From: Euprymna scolopes | Taxonomy: Eukaryota | DNA length: 64,000 bases | Strand: one strand, 5' to 3' | Assembly (NCBI GenBank): GCA_053919585.1 | Contig: CM132797.1 | Shown: positions 13,943-27,799 of the stretch, in pieces | Layout of the letters: every line of letters starts with the position of its first letter | Position numbering within the stretch: position 1 is the stretch's first letter | Position numbers and translations under genes: made by a program | Notes under the pieces: generated by a model | Told to the model about the DNA's origin: nothing | The model's input: only the letters and a program-made list of their open reading frames with translations | Databases searched by the model: none

Positions 13943-15519
13943 TGCATTTGTAACGTTCAAAAACTGGAAATTTAAGCTAAATGTCATGTAACTATTTAAA
14001 CAAGCTATACCTCATTTGATTCGCCTTTTTTCTTCTATAATTTTAACTATTCATAAAAGACATTAATTTAAATACTCTAGTGATTACGTCAATTTAAAAA
14101 ATAGCTTCTAATTGAGGAGGCAAAATGGAAGTCCGCACAATGGAAATTGTTATTTAAATGTAACTTTAGGACATTAATGCAACACAAATACAATAGTTCT
14201 ACAATGAACTTGTTAATATTTAGTAGCATAGCCATTCTGCAATTTTACAGCCAGCAATCTTTTGGGAATTCCTTGTATTAAACTGAAGCAATACTCCGGG
14301 AGAAAGAGCATCCCACTTTTCTTTAATTTTTGTCCAAAGTTCTTCCAAATTTGAAATTTTATCATTGCGCAGCTGTTGCTTGATGTAAAACCATACGTAT
14401 TTTTTATAGAATTAAGGTCTGGACATTGTGCAGGTCAATCCTAATTCGGAATACCAAGCTCTCCCAGGAACCTGATGACATTGCCAGCTGTGAGAATGGG
14501 AGCATTATCTGCATGAAGATGGGATTATCATCCAAATTCCGACCAAAGTAGGGTAGAAAATGCTCAGTCAACATATTAATGTATTGGTCGAATTAATTCG
14601 ACCTTGCAAGCAAACTATATGCCCTGGACCATTTGTACTAATAATGCCCCACACTAAAACTGAACCTTGCAGCGTTGAAGCTGAGCCTTTAGGATTAAAT
14701 TCTTTGTCTTTCCTCCGACGGATGTACTGCCTACCATTGCTGCCTAGCCTATTGAAGTTTCTTTCATCGCTAAAAAGCACTTTTGACCAATATGAACAGA
14801 CATGATCTTCATTGTATCTGACGAAGTCCAGATGGCGCTTTCTGTTGTTTACAGAAATGATTGGCTTGCGTCTTGCAACATATCCTCGCAAATTAAATTC
14901 CTTTAATATGTTCTTGGCAGTAGAAAGAAAGCACTTTTATACAATATTGCACTGTTGTTGGATTTGGGGAGCGTTTTAAATCCGTTTTTTAGGCTGCGGA
15001 TCTTGAAAGCATTGTCTTCCCTGCTAGACTTAACTCTAGTATGACCAGATTTAGAAGCATCACGAACACTGCTGGTGTTTTGGTGTTTTTGCACAGGCTT
15101 TCGTGCCGTTTTCTCATCACATTTCAATCTGCAGCCGATTTCTCGATTAGATAAACCAGAAAGCTGGTGATTAATGAGCTCCTGAGGATTACTAAGAGAA
15201 AATGGACTAAATGTTACGTTGTATAACCTGGATCAATAACAATTACGATTAGAGATGCTTTGTTGCCTGTTGGTGGATAGTTTAAAACTGATTAAGGGGC
15301 GACAATTTAAGGTGGTTTTAAGCGAATTTGTTGCTGCAGACTTTCTTTTTGCCTCCTTAATTTGAAGTTATTTTTTCTAAATTGCGTGGACCCTAGAATA
15401 TCTCAATTAAAAGTCAAATATGAACAGGTAAAATTATAGAAGAATAAAAGGCGAATCAAATGAGGTATAGGTTTTTTAAACAGTTGCATTAGATTTAGCT
15501 TAAATTGTCAGTTTTTGGA
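13943..15519 (-). mobile_element. Tc1-family transposon, decayed, with long TIRs (at least 185 bp visible)
   Basis: WSKVLFSDE..GRQYIRRRK..VLVWG, DNAP and PAQCPDLN motifs; 13955-14140 is the inverted copy of 15335-15519; TA follows the right N-run. Confidence 0.9.
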
Positions 15520-15761
15520 NNNNNNNNNNNNNNNNNNNNNNNNNNNNNNNNNNNNNNNNNNNNNNNNNNNNNNNNNNNNNNNNNNNNNNNNNNNNNNNNN
15601 NNNNNNNNNNNNNNNNNNNNNNNNNNNNNNNNNNNNNNNNNNNNNNNNNNNNNNNNNNNNNTATACGTAAATGAAATGCGTATTTGATACGTTTGAAGCT
15701 AAAACAACGCATTATTACAAAATAAACAGATATTTATTTTGTTTGAAATTTATATTGAAAT

Positions 15762-15803
15762 TTATAAATATATTTCGAAGATACACTTCATCTTCAGTAT
15801 GTC
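15762..15803 (-). ncRNA. Minimal Penelope-type hammerhead motif
   Basis: Minus strand ACATA-CTGAAGA-T-GAAG-TGTAT-CTTC-GAAA-TATA-TT-TATA; palindromic TATA loop III. Confidence 0.55.
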
Positions 15804-15989
15804 TTTCTATTTTTTGTCATGTTGTTGTTGGAGCATAAAATCAGTAAGTAGAATTCCGTTTGTTTGTTTGTTTACTGTAGTTTTTTCAAATGTCGGAACG
15901 GTGCATTGGTCACGCGGAATTCAAGTAAGAGTTTGTGTTTCTTGAGAGAAGCGATGTATAAGTTTGAATAAAATAAAATAGGTATTATA

Positions 15990-16028
<39 letters not shown>

Positions 16029-16029
16029 G

Positions 16030-18515
16030 TGTGTGTGTTCCTGTGCGAAACTGGCATTAGACAGATTTTCACTACATGAGTTTGCTATTAAAGAATACTC
16101 AAATTTGACATCAAAATCTTCCCCGAAAATCATCATGAGCATGGAATATATGTTTACATGAGAGATGGTTTTTATGTGCTAAGGACATCTCCTGAGAAAA
16201 TCTCTGTATGTGTGCTTCTAATTAGCACACGCTCACAGCACTGCATTCATATGGACCCTCAATCGTCCCCATAACAGCCGAGTTACAATCATTGAGTCCA
16301 TCTCTGAGATAATTGATGGCATTCTGTCTGCTCGTTCCTCGGCTAACATTAAAGTCTATGGAGACTTCAATATTCACATTGATGAGTGGCTATCCCACTC
16401 AAACTAGACGATTGGTTGGGAGATGTTCTGTCATGATTCTCTATTGCTTATGACCTAACAGAGTTTGTCCACGAACCTAACCGTATGCCCGACACTTACA
16501 GACGGTACGTAAGTGTACTAGAGCTTTTTCTTACGACTTGCCCAGAACTGTGTTCATTTTCCGTTTTACCCCAATTGCGATCTTCAGATTACTCGGTTTT
16601 CTAGGTTAAGATAAAACAAAATGTAATAAGTCCTCATATGTAAAAGGTCTCCATCGTAAAATCAGTACTCTCTGTCTTGCTGGGTTAACTTTGGAACATG
16701 TATATCAGATATACCTCTGCGTTCCATTTTTAAAAAGAACATGTCTTTTATAATATCAGACCTGACTGAATGGTTAATTGTCAGTATAAAACGTTCAATA
16801 GTCTCCAAGAAATTCTAGCAAAAGCTCAACAGTCAACTGTAGTTCACTACTAAATAGACCGCTGGCATTGCGCACAGAAACCACTATTTCCATTGGTATC
16901 AACGAAATAGAGGTTATGAAACTAAAGCTATTTTAAGACTGCCAGCAACCACCGTAAAAGAGTAAGAAACCATGCGGGGAAACTCGTATGCTTAGTACAT
17001 CAGGTTTAAAAGAGAAACAGCGGCTTGCTATCCGCAAGTTTGAGCGAATAAAAAGCAGAGTCCTTAACAGAGGCGGGTCCTCTATCTCAATCTCATGTGC
17101 GTCATGAGTAAGTTGCTGGAATCTGTGTTAAATAGAGAAGTAATCAACCGTCTCAGCAAAAATAACCTTCTTAGTGGCACACAATATGGTTTCCGTTCTG
17201 CTAGATCTACAGCAGATGTGCTTACAGTTATATCTCATAGGATTAGCGAATCTCTCGACAGAGGCAATCTTTCTAGGGCAATTGCTCTTGACATATCAAA
17301 GGCCTTTGATAGGGTATGGCATAAAGGCTAACTTCACAAGATCTCCAGCTATGGTATAGCTGGAAATGTCTTCTCAATTATTAAATCATTTCTTTCTGAT
17401 AGGTTCATAAGAGTAGTAGTTGATGGGCAAAAATCAGAAGCTCACAGTATAAATGCTGGAGTCCCTCAGGGGTCCATCCTGGGCCCAACTCTTTTCCTGA
17501 TCTACATTAATGATCTTCCAAATCACATCCTTACATCATTCGTAGACATTTTTGCTGACGACACTACCATCTATGGTAGCACATCTAAGAAAGTAAACGA
17601 CCAAGTTCTCTCCGATTCTCTCTCCTCTGATCTTGATCACGTTGTACAATGAGGAAAGGAGTTGCTGGTTACTTTTAATGCATCTAAAACCAAGCTTCTA
17701 TCTTTACATCATCAACGTTCTGATCCTCATCTGGCATCAATTAAAATGAATGGCTCTCGTCTTGGGGAGACCTCAGGTTTTGACAGGCTTCTGGGCTTGA
17801 CCTTTACTCCTGATCTTAAATGGAATACGTACATCAAATCTGTTGCCAAGGCCGCTGGAAAAATGGTCGGGTCCTTCTATCGATCCAGTAGATATCTCAC
17901 TGCTGATGCAATTCTCTATCTATATAAGAGCCAGGTACGTCCAAGGATAGAATACTGTTGCCACATATGGGCAGGAGCTGCTAGAAAAGACTTGTCCTGC
18001 CTTGATAGAGTTCAAAATAGATTTCGTGGCCTGGTGGGAGATGTCCTTTTCTCTTCGCTGCAACCTCTATCTCACAGAAGAGATGTTGCGAGTTTGTCTC
18101 TGCTTTATCGTTATTTTCATGGAAAGTGTTCGACTGAGCTTCAATCTATGGTCCCCCCTCGCCAAACTTTCACAAGAAACACTAGACTAGCTGAAAACAT
18201 TATCAATAATTTTCCCCACTCTTTATCTGTGCCTAAACCTAAACATAGATTCCATGATCAAAGCTTCTTTCTTAGAACTGCACGCCTGTGGAATTTTCTT
18301 CCGTTTTTCTGCTTTCCAGCTGTCTATAATATGGTTGTCTTCAAGTTCAACGTGAACAAGTTTCTGATGAGCCGTTCCACTTAAGTTAACAAATTTACCG
18401 AACTTCCATTACTATCGATTACTATATTGTCCTTTTGACTACTCTACACTATTTAACCCTTATCCTTGAGTGGCCTATCGGCCTTGATAAGTGGTGCCGC
18501 CTATGTAAAAAAAAA
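16030..18515 (+). mobile_element. CR1-type (Zenon-like) LINE, APE+RT, decayed, with intact 3' end
   Basis: GDFN; QYGFRSARST, ALDISKAFDRVWH, GVPQGSILGP, FADD, YKSQVRP..EYCCHIW; 3' stem-loop and poly(A). Confidence 0.92.
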
Positions 18516-18519
18516 TGAT

Positions 18520-19170
18520 CATCATCAATTGATCTTAGGTAATATCGTCAGCATCTGACAAAATCAAACTCTTTGCCAAACATTTCGCAGCAAATTCTAC
18601 AAATTGCGGCAACCGGGGCCACCTAACTCTGTATTTCCTTCAGTGGCTGTAAACGCGCTATGCGGCATACACATAACTATGCGTGATGTTACTAAGCTTA
18701 TCAAAACTCATGATTCCACTAAAGCCACTGGTCCCAATGGCATTCTAATCATAGTGCTCAAAAAGATCCAACTGGAACTAGTTCCCATACTTATAAAGCT
18801 GTTTAACGGTTGCCTTAAAGAGAATGCTTACCAACACCCTGAAAAATATCATCAGCTTTCCTCGTAGTTAAAAATCCCGGAGATCTGCCATCTGCTTCTC
18901 AATAAAGACCAATAAGTCACATGTGTGCTATGAGTAAGTTGTTAGAATCTATAATAAATAGCTGTGTTCAACCACTTCAGCAAAATTAACCTACTCAGTT
19001 ACATGCAATAGTTTCCGTTCTGCTAGATCTACAGATTATGTGCTAATTACATATGATTATCGAATCTCTCAATAAAGGCCTCGTTTCTAGAGTAATAGTT
19101 CTTCGTATATCAAAGGCTTTAGGTATAAATGTCTACTTCATAAGATTGTCAGCTACGAAATAGCTGGATA
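18520..19170 (+). mobile_element. CR1-type LINE internal fragment
   Basis: KATGPNGI..VLK and RSARST motifs; same family as 16030-18515. Confidence 0.85.
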
Positions 19171-21059
19171 TTTCGGCCCCCCTCCAAACGGAGAAAAATC
19201 ATTGCTAGTATAATTTACCATATTTCAACTGACCTACAGTTGACTGGATATGCTCTAAGCTTATTTAATACCTTAATCACCCAAGCTGAAACTTTTAATC
19301 ATAGCACGAGACAGTTCTTCTAAGCCACATCAAAAATAACTGTTACAAACGCTTACTCAAATATATTTATAAAAACTAACTAATTGCTCTACTTCCTAAA
19401 CTGCAATTAAATCTCATACATTGCACATACCTTTGGAGAGGGGTTTAGCTTTCAGCCCTTAACTATAGCATGCTGGCCTTTTAAAATTCGATTAACACTA
19501 AACAACTATAGGTTTCTACTGCTAAAGCATGCAGTAGAGTATACTCTTATCCTTTAGCTAAGCTCTAAAATAAATACTGACTAGCCATAGTTTTGTATTT
19601 AGTTTTAAAGTGATATATGTCCAATAGCAACTCTTTATCTCTCCTTCCCTTAAATAGGAGTTAGTATTATAAAAATCAACAGAAAAATCTGAGCCGATAC
19701 TCTTTGTTATGCAAGATAAAATTTCCGGATTTTAAACAAAATGCTATGTTATCATCCTTGGCTAGCAGTCAGAACATAAGAAACACACTTAATATCTATA
19801 ATTTACATATATCCATATCTACTGAAAATACGCCCGTATATTTATATATATTTAATTATGCATACAGAATACGTCATAGCTTATATTTATTTCCAGTTAT
19901 ACGTGTACTGAATTATACTTCAACTCATAAATATGTCATCATTTATATCTATATTCGATTATTATCCCTTCTGTCGTCTTCGGCACTAAGTTAATTCCGA
20001 TTATCAAGTTAATTATACCTTAACATGTTATTCTATTCATAAACTAACATATGAACAATGTGTTAACCAAATATTTACTCCTCTCTCTCTCTCTCTTTTG
20101 TCTCTCTATCTTTCTTTCTCTCTTTCTCTCTCTCAAACCAACCTGTTACAAATTTAGACGCTTCCACTGCATGAAATTCTACTTATCCCCTATTTCAGTA
20201 ACAATGAAATGGAAAGCATACCACTGACATTTTTAATCACTTGGAGGAGTGTAACGTTTCCTTAGATATAAAACATTTACTAGCTAACCCATTAACATTA
20301 ACCACCCATGCGGGGTAGCAGAAATACTAGGTTTAGGACCTAGGCGCGGAGCAGACGCTCTTGGTTCTGATGGACCCGAAGATCTTCCCAGCTTATCCGT
20401 CTAAAAGAAGGAAAACTCTGAAGCTAAAAATAAGGGAAGGGAGGCCTGTTCAGTCCTGGATGACAACCTTCCTCCTGGTGACTCAAACAAATTACTGGTT
20501 TACCAACTGCTTAAAGAGAAGATAGACTCTGTATATCGCCCGGCTTTCATACTCATTCTGAGCATATTATCCAAGCACAGAGGTGCTGTCACAGGAACTC
20601 GACAGAAACAACTAGGACAATGACGCCGTTTTCCCCGCCTCGCCACTTCTCAGTACCTAAAGTTGGGCACCTTGGGGTGCTTGAGTACAATATATGCCAG
20701 TGCAATTGGATTGGGTTGAATTTTGTCTGATGGATTGCGGGTACCGGATTGACAGTTTCTGGCTTCTGTTTCCGACTGATAATACAGGAGCCCTAACTCT
20801 TTGGTAGCGCTAAAAGCGGCTGCTCAATCAACAGTTGTATTATATCGTGATGGTTGTAGTTCCATGTCGCGCATGGAAATGAACCCTGTACCTATCTCCA
20901 GTGAGCATTCCCGAGGCCACAATCCTGTAGGTAAATATCCGCTTATGGTCTACTTGTGTTGCTTGTCTATAAATCTGCACATCAACTTTTCAAAAACGTT
21001 ACACCCTAACTGAAGCGTTTAAATAAAATAAAATGACAGTTCAGTCAAAAATTACAATT

Positions 21060-23980
21060 AAACAAGGGGTTAGCTCAAACATAATCAATAAGCCTCTTCC
21101 CTTGAGGCTTGCATATACGAATATACTCGGGCCTAGAACTAATTTAGATGATGTTGAATCATTTCTCTTAAACACCCAGATATCTTAGCGCTAAGTGAAA
21201 CTAACCGACACTCCTGCATCCTCTCTAACCATTTTAACATGGCTGGTTATCTCCCACTTTGCCGTAAGGACTCAGATAGACATATGCACGGACTTGGAGT
21301 CTATCCGCGAAACATCCTTCCCTTGACTTGAGAAACAAAACTAGAATCAGACGACCAGGCAGTTCTGTGCTTTAGACTTAGAATGCAACATAACATTAGC
21401 TACTTATATTGTCCCTACCGCTTTCCCTCGACAGGACTGTAGCCTTATGAACAAAGTCTCTGACAGCATAGATACAGTACTCTCCTTCGATACTACCGCA
21501 CATGTATTTGGTGACTTCAATGCCCACCACAGTAATTGGCTTGGATTCTCTACTTACACAGGCGCAGTTGGTAGCATAACACATAGCTTCTCTGTATCTC
21601 ATTCTCTATCAAAGACGGTTAAATTTCAGACACGTTCCCCACACCATCAAAAGCAACATGCCTCACTTCTAGATCTTTTTCTTACTGCAGTTCTTGATGA
21701 TTGTGTAACAAATGCGACAGCCCACTCGGGAATGCTGATCACGCTGTGATAATGGTAGAAATCGCCCTAAATTTTCGATCCGAAACTGAAGAAACACTGC
21801 TAAAAAAAACAAGGTATTATAAGAACTTACTGGGAAGCCATCAGGGATATAATCAGAGATGCCCCATGGGAAAACATATTTCTCTTTTCGCTGAACAGTA
21901 CGCAAATGAGATCACTGAATGGTTCAAAATGGTAATGGAAGCACATGTTCCAACGCGGAAATTATGTAGCAAGACCAGTTCTATCTAATGGTTCACTTCT
22001 ACTTGTGCAGCTGCCATTGGTAAAAGGCTGCATACGTACCGATGATTAAATCGACATAATCTAGTTCAAACAGACAGAAGTTAGAAGAAACTGTTAAAGA
22101 GAAAAAGTGACAGCTAAGACAGAATATGCCGAAACCACCAGAAAACTAATCGAAGCACATAAATTAGAAACCTGAGATTTTTGGGAAATCTACAACAGTG
22201 TAGTAAATAATCGGCAATCAAAAATTCCCCCAATATCAAATAATCATGAGTTTGTTTGCACGGCAGCCGAGAAGACAAACGGGCTTGCCAGTCGGTTTGC
22301 GTTTAACTTCACATTGGATCCTGCAAACCACTCCTTTCCTGATTTTTCTTTGCGGGCAGACGCCATACCTGTTGATCTTAAAATCACCCTTTCACAGGGG
22401 CATGATATCAGAAAAACCTTGACACCTCAAAAGTATGTGAACTCGATCTTATTCCGGCTGTGCTATTAAAAGAGCCACCAAGGTTGCTCTAGTTCTCTCC
22501 AAACTTTTCAACAAATGCCTTAACGAATCTAGCTTTCCTGACTGCTGGAAAACTGCTTCTGTTGTACCTGTTTTCAAGAATTCTGACGAAAAAACTAACC
22601 TATTAAATATTCGCCCCATTAGCCTCTTCAAGCTTTTCGCCAAAATATTTGAGTCCTTAATTAACTAAACACTAGTCCATAACCTTACAGCTGCTAAACT
22701 TCTGATCGACTAACAATATGGATTTAGGTAAGCCCGTTCTCAAGCAGATATCCTAACTGTAATATCTGAACGTATATACCATACACTGGACAAAGCAGGG
22801 GATGGTAAGGCGGTAGCCTTAGCTATATCTAAGGCTTTTGACAGGGTATGGCAAGACGGTCTTCTCGCAAAAATCAGACCATACGGTGTCCTTGGACGAA
22901 TACAACATAATTAAATCCTTATCAAATAGGAGAAGAATCCAGCTTGTCGTACATCTAAACTATGTTATATTAATGCAAAAGTACCTCAGAGGTTTATCCC
23001 TGGACCTTTATTATTCCCAATATTCATAAATGACCTCCCTTATAAAATTATCTCTGAGATGAGTATATTTGCTGATGACACCACGCTATATAACAGACAC
23101 AAGGGGAAAACGAATGAACGCATATATAAGGAAATGGTAAAAACACTAGAGGAAGATCAATCTGTAGTGAAATGGGGGTATAAATAACTGGTCACATTTA
23201 ATGCTGCCAAGACTAAACTTATTTCCTTCAATGATTTCAAGAAACCTTCTCAACCAATAATAGCAATGGCTAGAGATACATTACCTTAAAGTACTTCTTT
23301 TAAACTACTCGGCCTAACGTTTACAGGAAACATGAGTTGCAACAGATACATTGAGAACATTGTCAAGGCCGCTGCGAAGAAAGTAGGTTCTCTCTACGGT
23401 GCTTGAAAGTTACTGACGCCAGAAAGTAACCTGTACCTCTACAACGCCACCATGCACTCAGTTATGGTGTATTGCTGTCTCATTTATGCCTGTGGATCTG
23501 CTCCTAGTCTCTCGCTCCTGGACAGGCTTCAAAAGAGAGTCGCCAAACTAATAGGTTCTGAACTGTCATCTAAGCTTCAACCTCTGTCTCATCGACGAAA
23601 TGTTGAACCCCTTCTGCCGTTTTTACAAGTAATGGTGAATGCTCCGACGAACTACAATCACTTGTCTACCCTCTCGAGGTAAATACCCTGACAAACCAGA
23701 AAAGCAGCAAAATCCCACCTTTACAGAGCAGAGATCCCTAGATGTAAGAAAGCCTTTTACTTTAATAGTTTCTTCCCCAGAACTGCTAGACTTTGGAATT
23801 CCCTTCCAGTATTCTGCTTTCCCAACTGTACTGACATGCACAAGTTCAAGTGTAATGTAAAAGGCATATTTCTGCTCATCTCCCTGCATAATATCCCTGA
23901 AACTTATGTCTCCGATAGTAGCTTCTTATATCAAAGTGGCACTGTGTTTTTTATTGGGGGGGGGGTGAAAATAAAATTTT
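21060..23980 (+). mobile_element. Near full-length decayed CR1-type LINE, divergent subfamily; probable 5' UTR from about 20300
   Basis: LALSETN, FGDFNAHH, LLDLFLT (APE); WKTASVVPVFK, ISKAFDRVW, FADDT (RT); QPLSHRRNV. Confidence 0.9.
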
Positions 23981-23989
23981 AAAAATGTC

Positions 23990-24505
23990 TTCTTCATGAT
24001 AAGCTTGTAAGGGTAGTTTTCGATGGGAAGACATCCAAAGCTCATATTATCAATGCTTTGTTTCCATCTTGAGCCGAACTCTCTTCCTGATATACGTCAA
24101 TGATCTCTCAAATAATATTCTTATGTCATTTGTTGACAGCACAATCTAGGGCGACGTTTGAAAGGTCTACAATAACCAATATCGTTCTGATTCTCTCTCT
24201 CTCTTCTGATCTTGTGTACAGGGTGATAAGGGGAAAAGGTGGATGGTTAATTTTCATGCGTGTAAAACTAAGTTTCTCTTTTTTCATCATAAACGTAATG
24301 ACGCTCATCAGGTTCCAATTGAAATAATTAGCTCTAGTCTTTACAAGATTCTATGACAGAGCTTCACGCCTGACCTGAAGTGGAACACGTACATTAAATA
24401 TGTTACCAAGATCGATGGGGAAATGGTTGAATAATTCTATCGCTCCAATAGATATTTCACTACAGATATAATCCGCTATCTGTATAAGAGCCAAGAGATA
24501 TGTTC
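23990..24505 (+). mobile_element. CR1-type LINE RT fragment
   Basis: Homologous to 17390-17940 (for example CTGAAGTGGAACACGTACAT, TATAAGAGCCA). Confidence 0.75.
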
Positions 24506-24520
24506 TTTCTCTCGCCTTTG

Positions 24521-24576
<56 letters not shown>

Positions 24577-24579
<3 letters not shown>

Positions 24580-24995
24580 CGTGATTTTACGTGAAACCAC
24601 ATTTTTCTTTACTATATTCCCTCTGCTTCACTTTTTGTTACCAAGTAAGATCTATGACTTACTTGTAGTTTCATCAAATACTTTTGCAAGCAAAGTCCGA
24701 TCCCGCATTTTGCTAATTCCTACCCTTTGATGAGAAGGAAAGTATTTCTTCGAAGCTCCGCAGATTAAGGACTATCCACTTACTTTGTGCTTCCTTTTTA
24801 AAATTAAATGTCTTTAACTCTTTTTAAAGTATGTTTTAACATGTTTTATTAACTACTTGTTCTTATCATAAGCTCTATTTCCTATTTGGTTTTACATCTG
24901 GTGGAGATTACTTTATGAATATTAAATTTTCAATATTTATAATATACTTTAGTTTGGCCATCTTGGATTATTTTGGTAAAATTAACTGTAAGTCT

Positions 24996-24997
<2 letters not shown>
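24577..24997 (+). mobile_element. Family A element, copy 2 (about 420 bp) between two (TA)n tracts; hammerhead motif at 24721-24772
   Basis: CCCT-TTGATGA-GAAGGAA-AGTA-TTTCTTC-GAAG-CTCCGCAGAT-TA-AGG (two core substitutions). Confidence 0.75.
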
Positions 24998-25051
<54 letters not shown>

Positions 25052-25054
25052 ATA

Positions 25055-25217
25055 TATATAACTACTTAATTAAATAAACATAAAAATAAAATAGCATAAT
25101 ATTAATATAGGAAAGTATAAATTTATGCGTAAACTTAAAGTATTTACTTCAAAAGTGCTCAATACATAGGTAGAGCTAGTTAGTAAGTTATAAAATATAT
25201 ATGGCGATAAAGCTTAT
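25055..25217 (+). mobile_element. Family C element; homologous to the reverse complement of 58452-58590
   Basis: Shared AAGTATAAATTTATGCGTAAA..TATTTACTTCAAAAGTGCTCAATAC..ATGGCGAT; starts at (TA)n and runs into the N-run. Confidence 0.8.
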
Positions 25218-26317
25218 NNNNNNNNNNNNNNNNNNNNNNNNNNNNNNNNNNNNNNNNNNNNNNNNNNNNNNNNNNNNNNNNNNNNNNNNNNNNNNNNNNN
25301 NNNNNNNNNNNNNNNNNNNNNNNNNNNNNNNNNNNNNNNNNNNNNNNNNNNNNNNNNNNNNNNNCGGTTCTTCCCGTAACCTGTGGATTATTTGTAAAGC
25401 ACCTAAAACTAAAGTATAACGCTCATTTTCTGGCAAGGATCTCTTTATTTCGTCTACGAGTAAACCTCGTATCGCTGACTTAAGCTTTTCTGCGTTTTCT
25501 CTGACCTTTCTGGTCTCGAAACTAACTCAAGCCCTACTGTCTACCAATTTTGACTTTAATCAATTGTCTTTTCTATCTTCTATTCACAAATAATCCCATG
25601 TGCTTTTTTATCTGAATCAGGTATATGTGTGGGAGTAATAACCCCTCCCCCATTAATCGGTCGGCATCTAAAACGCACCGACTCACTTGTTAGCACGCAG
25701 GTGAACGCTCTGTCAACGAACGTCGCTGAGTCTGATATTTAACCATTGCCCTTTCTTCACCTTCCTGACACGCGTTATTGGGTTCAACTCGGTACTGCGT
25801 TAACTATGTTACTGACACATAACACCCGTACATTGTAAAGTACTGTTATCACATCTAATTAGGGGCTGCGTGGTGCGCACTATCCTGCTTCAAAACTGAT
25901 ATCAAAACTTAGCAGGTAATGCAATTTTTCTTTCCTGTAGCCTGGTTCCCATAGAGGAAACGTTGCGAGCCTGCTTCTGATCTACCGTTGTTTTCATGGC
26001 AAGTACTAATTTTAACTTTAATTTATAGTTCCCCTATTACCAAACCTTTACAAAAACGCTCGATTATTTTCAACCACGATATAGGATTTCTCTCACTCTC
26101 TGTGCCTTAATCTACACGCAGATTCCACGAATACAGCTTATTTTTTCAAATTACCCGCTTATGGAACACATTTCCATTGGAATGCTTTGCGGCTGACTAC
26201 AGCATATTAGTCTCCAACTGTAATGTATAGAAGTTCTTGTTGAACCGACCCCTAAACTGATCAAATGTACCCAACTTACACCATAAACGATTATTATATT
26301 ACTACATTATCTTTATA

Positions 26318-26375
26318 AACCCTTATCCCCGAGTGGATTTTGGACCTTGATAAGTGCTGAATCTCTTGTAAAAAT
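26318..26375 (+). mobile_element. Isolated CR1-type 3' terminus
   Basis: CCCTTATCC..GAGTGG..CCTTGATAAGTG..TGTAAAAA as at 18455-18515. Confidence 0.7.
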
Positions 26376-27799
26376 ATATATGTATGTATATATACATAGA
26401 GAGAGATAAATAGATAGATAGATAGATAGATAAAGAGAGAGATATAGAAAGAGAAAGGAAGGGTGCGTGAAAAAGTAAAAAGAGATAAATTTATGTAGTT
26501 CATTTCTATGTGATAAATGTTATAATGTCGATATTTTGAAGCCTTGCAGGATTTCTACTAAAGAACGATACGTTGGAATAACCGTTGTCTTGAATGCACC
26601 ACGTGCCGCCCTGTTAACCGTATTGTTCACAGTTTAGGGCCAACAAAGGACTGATTCGACATAACCTGCTACTCAGCATACGTCACGTGAGAAAACGCCA
26701 AACTGTTCGGAAGCCTGTGCAACACCTACCTCCAAAACAGTACAAGAATGAACACCGTTTAAAGGAATTTCGAGATAAGTAGACAAGTAAGTCGGGAACT
26801 AGCATAATGGATTCGGCCTAACAATAGAATATTTCCTCCGAAGATAATTTAGAAGTAGTCATTTTAGTTTTTATATTTTTTCGCAAAATCAGCAGGTGTA
26901 ATTTTATATTTTTTTCCACAGAGAAGGAAAAAATGCAAAGGAAAAAAAGTTTAAACAATGTCCAAACAATATAACATTGGTCGAATGGCGCCAACAATCA
27001 GTCTGATCGACATCGCAATGAAAAGCGCCACCTAGCGCAAGTTAACCGCGATTTTTTTATAGTTCACATCCAGTTGTTTAGGTTGTTTGTGACAGATCAG
27101 TTAGCGAAGGACTTGGCGATGCAGATAGGGAAGGGCAAGAGCTGGAACATGTGGAAATATAAAAACAAATATCAATTTCAACGCCTTTGAAATTTAGAAA
27201 TAAGTGTTTTTCATTGGCCTAAAAGATAACACAACAGATTATGGAAATTAGTTATACCGAGTTCGAATTCTATAGAAAATGGTGTCAATGCTACGATGGG
27301 TTAGAATTCATACTATTGATATGAATGGAAATCTCATTAATCTCTATCTTCGAATGGCTTTTGTCCTTGATAATGCTGGCGTATCAGTATAAAAAAGTAT
27401 TATATTATTTGCAAATTAATTCTTACAGCCCCTCTTCTTTTCGGGTGTGGTTGTTTGGTTTTTGTCGGCGTGCAATAACATTCGTTTTTTTTTTTCCGTT
27501 GGGACTTGAGCAGATATTATAAGCAAGTGCGCATACATAACGTAATAGATGTGACCGGCTCAAATATTAATGCGATAATATTCATATTTCCCGATTAATA
27601 TACGTGTTACTAGATCGCAGGAAATCGAAAATCATGAATGAAAAGAACGATTTTGTTTTTAACTATAAAATCAGAATTAATTCAGTGAATGATGAGCCAT
27701 TATGGGATTTGAAGCAACCGATGTTCGAGTATATTTGTTTTCAAAACAGGTAGTTGTTACATACTCGTCCTCCCCTCAGTAGTAGTCGTAACTGGGCGT

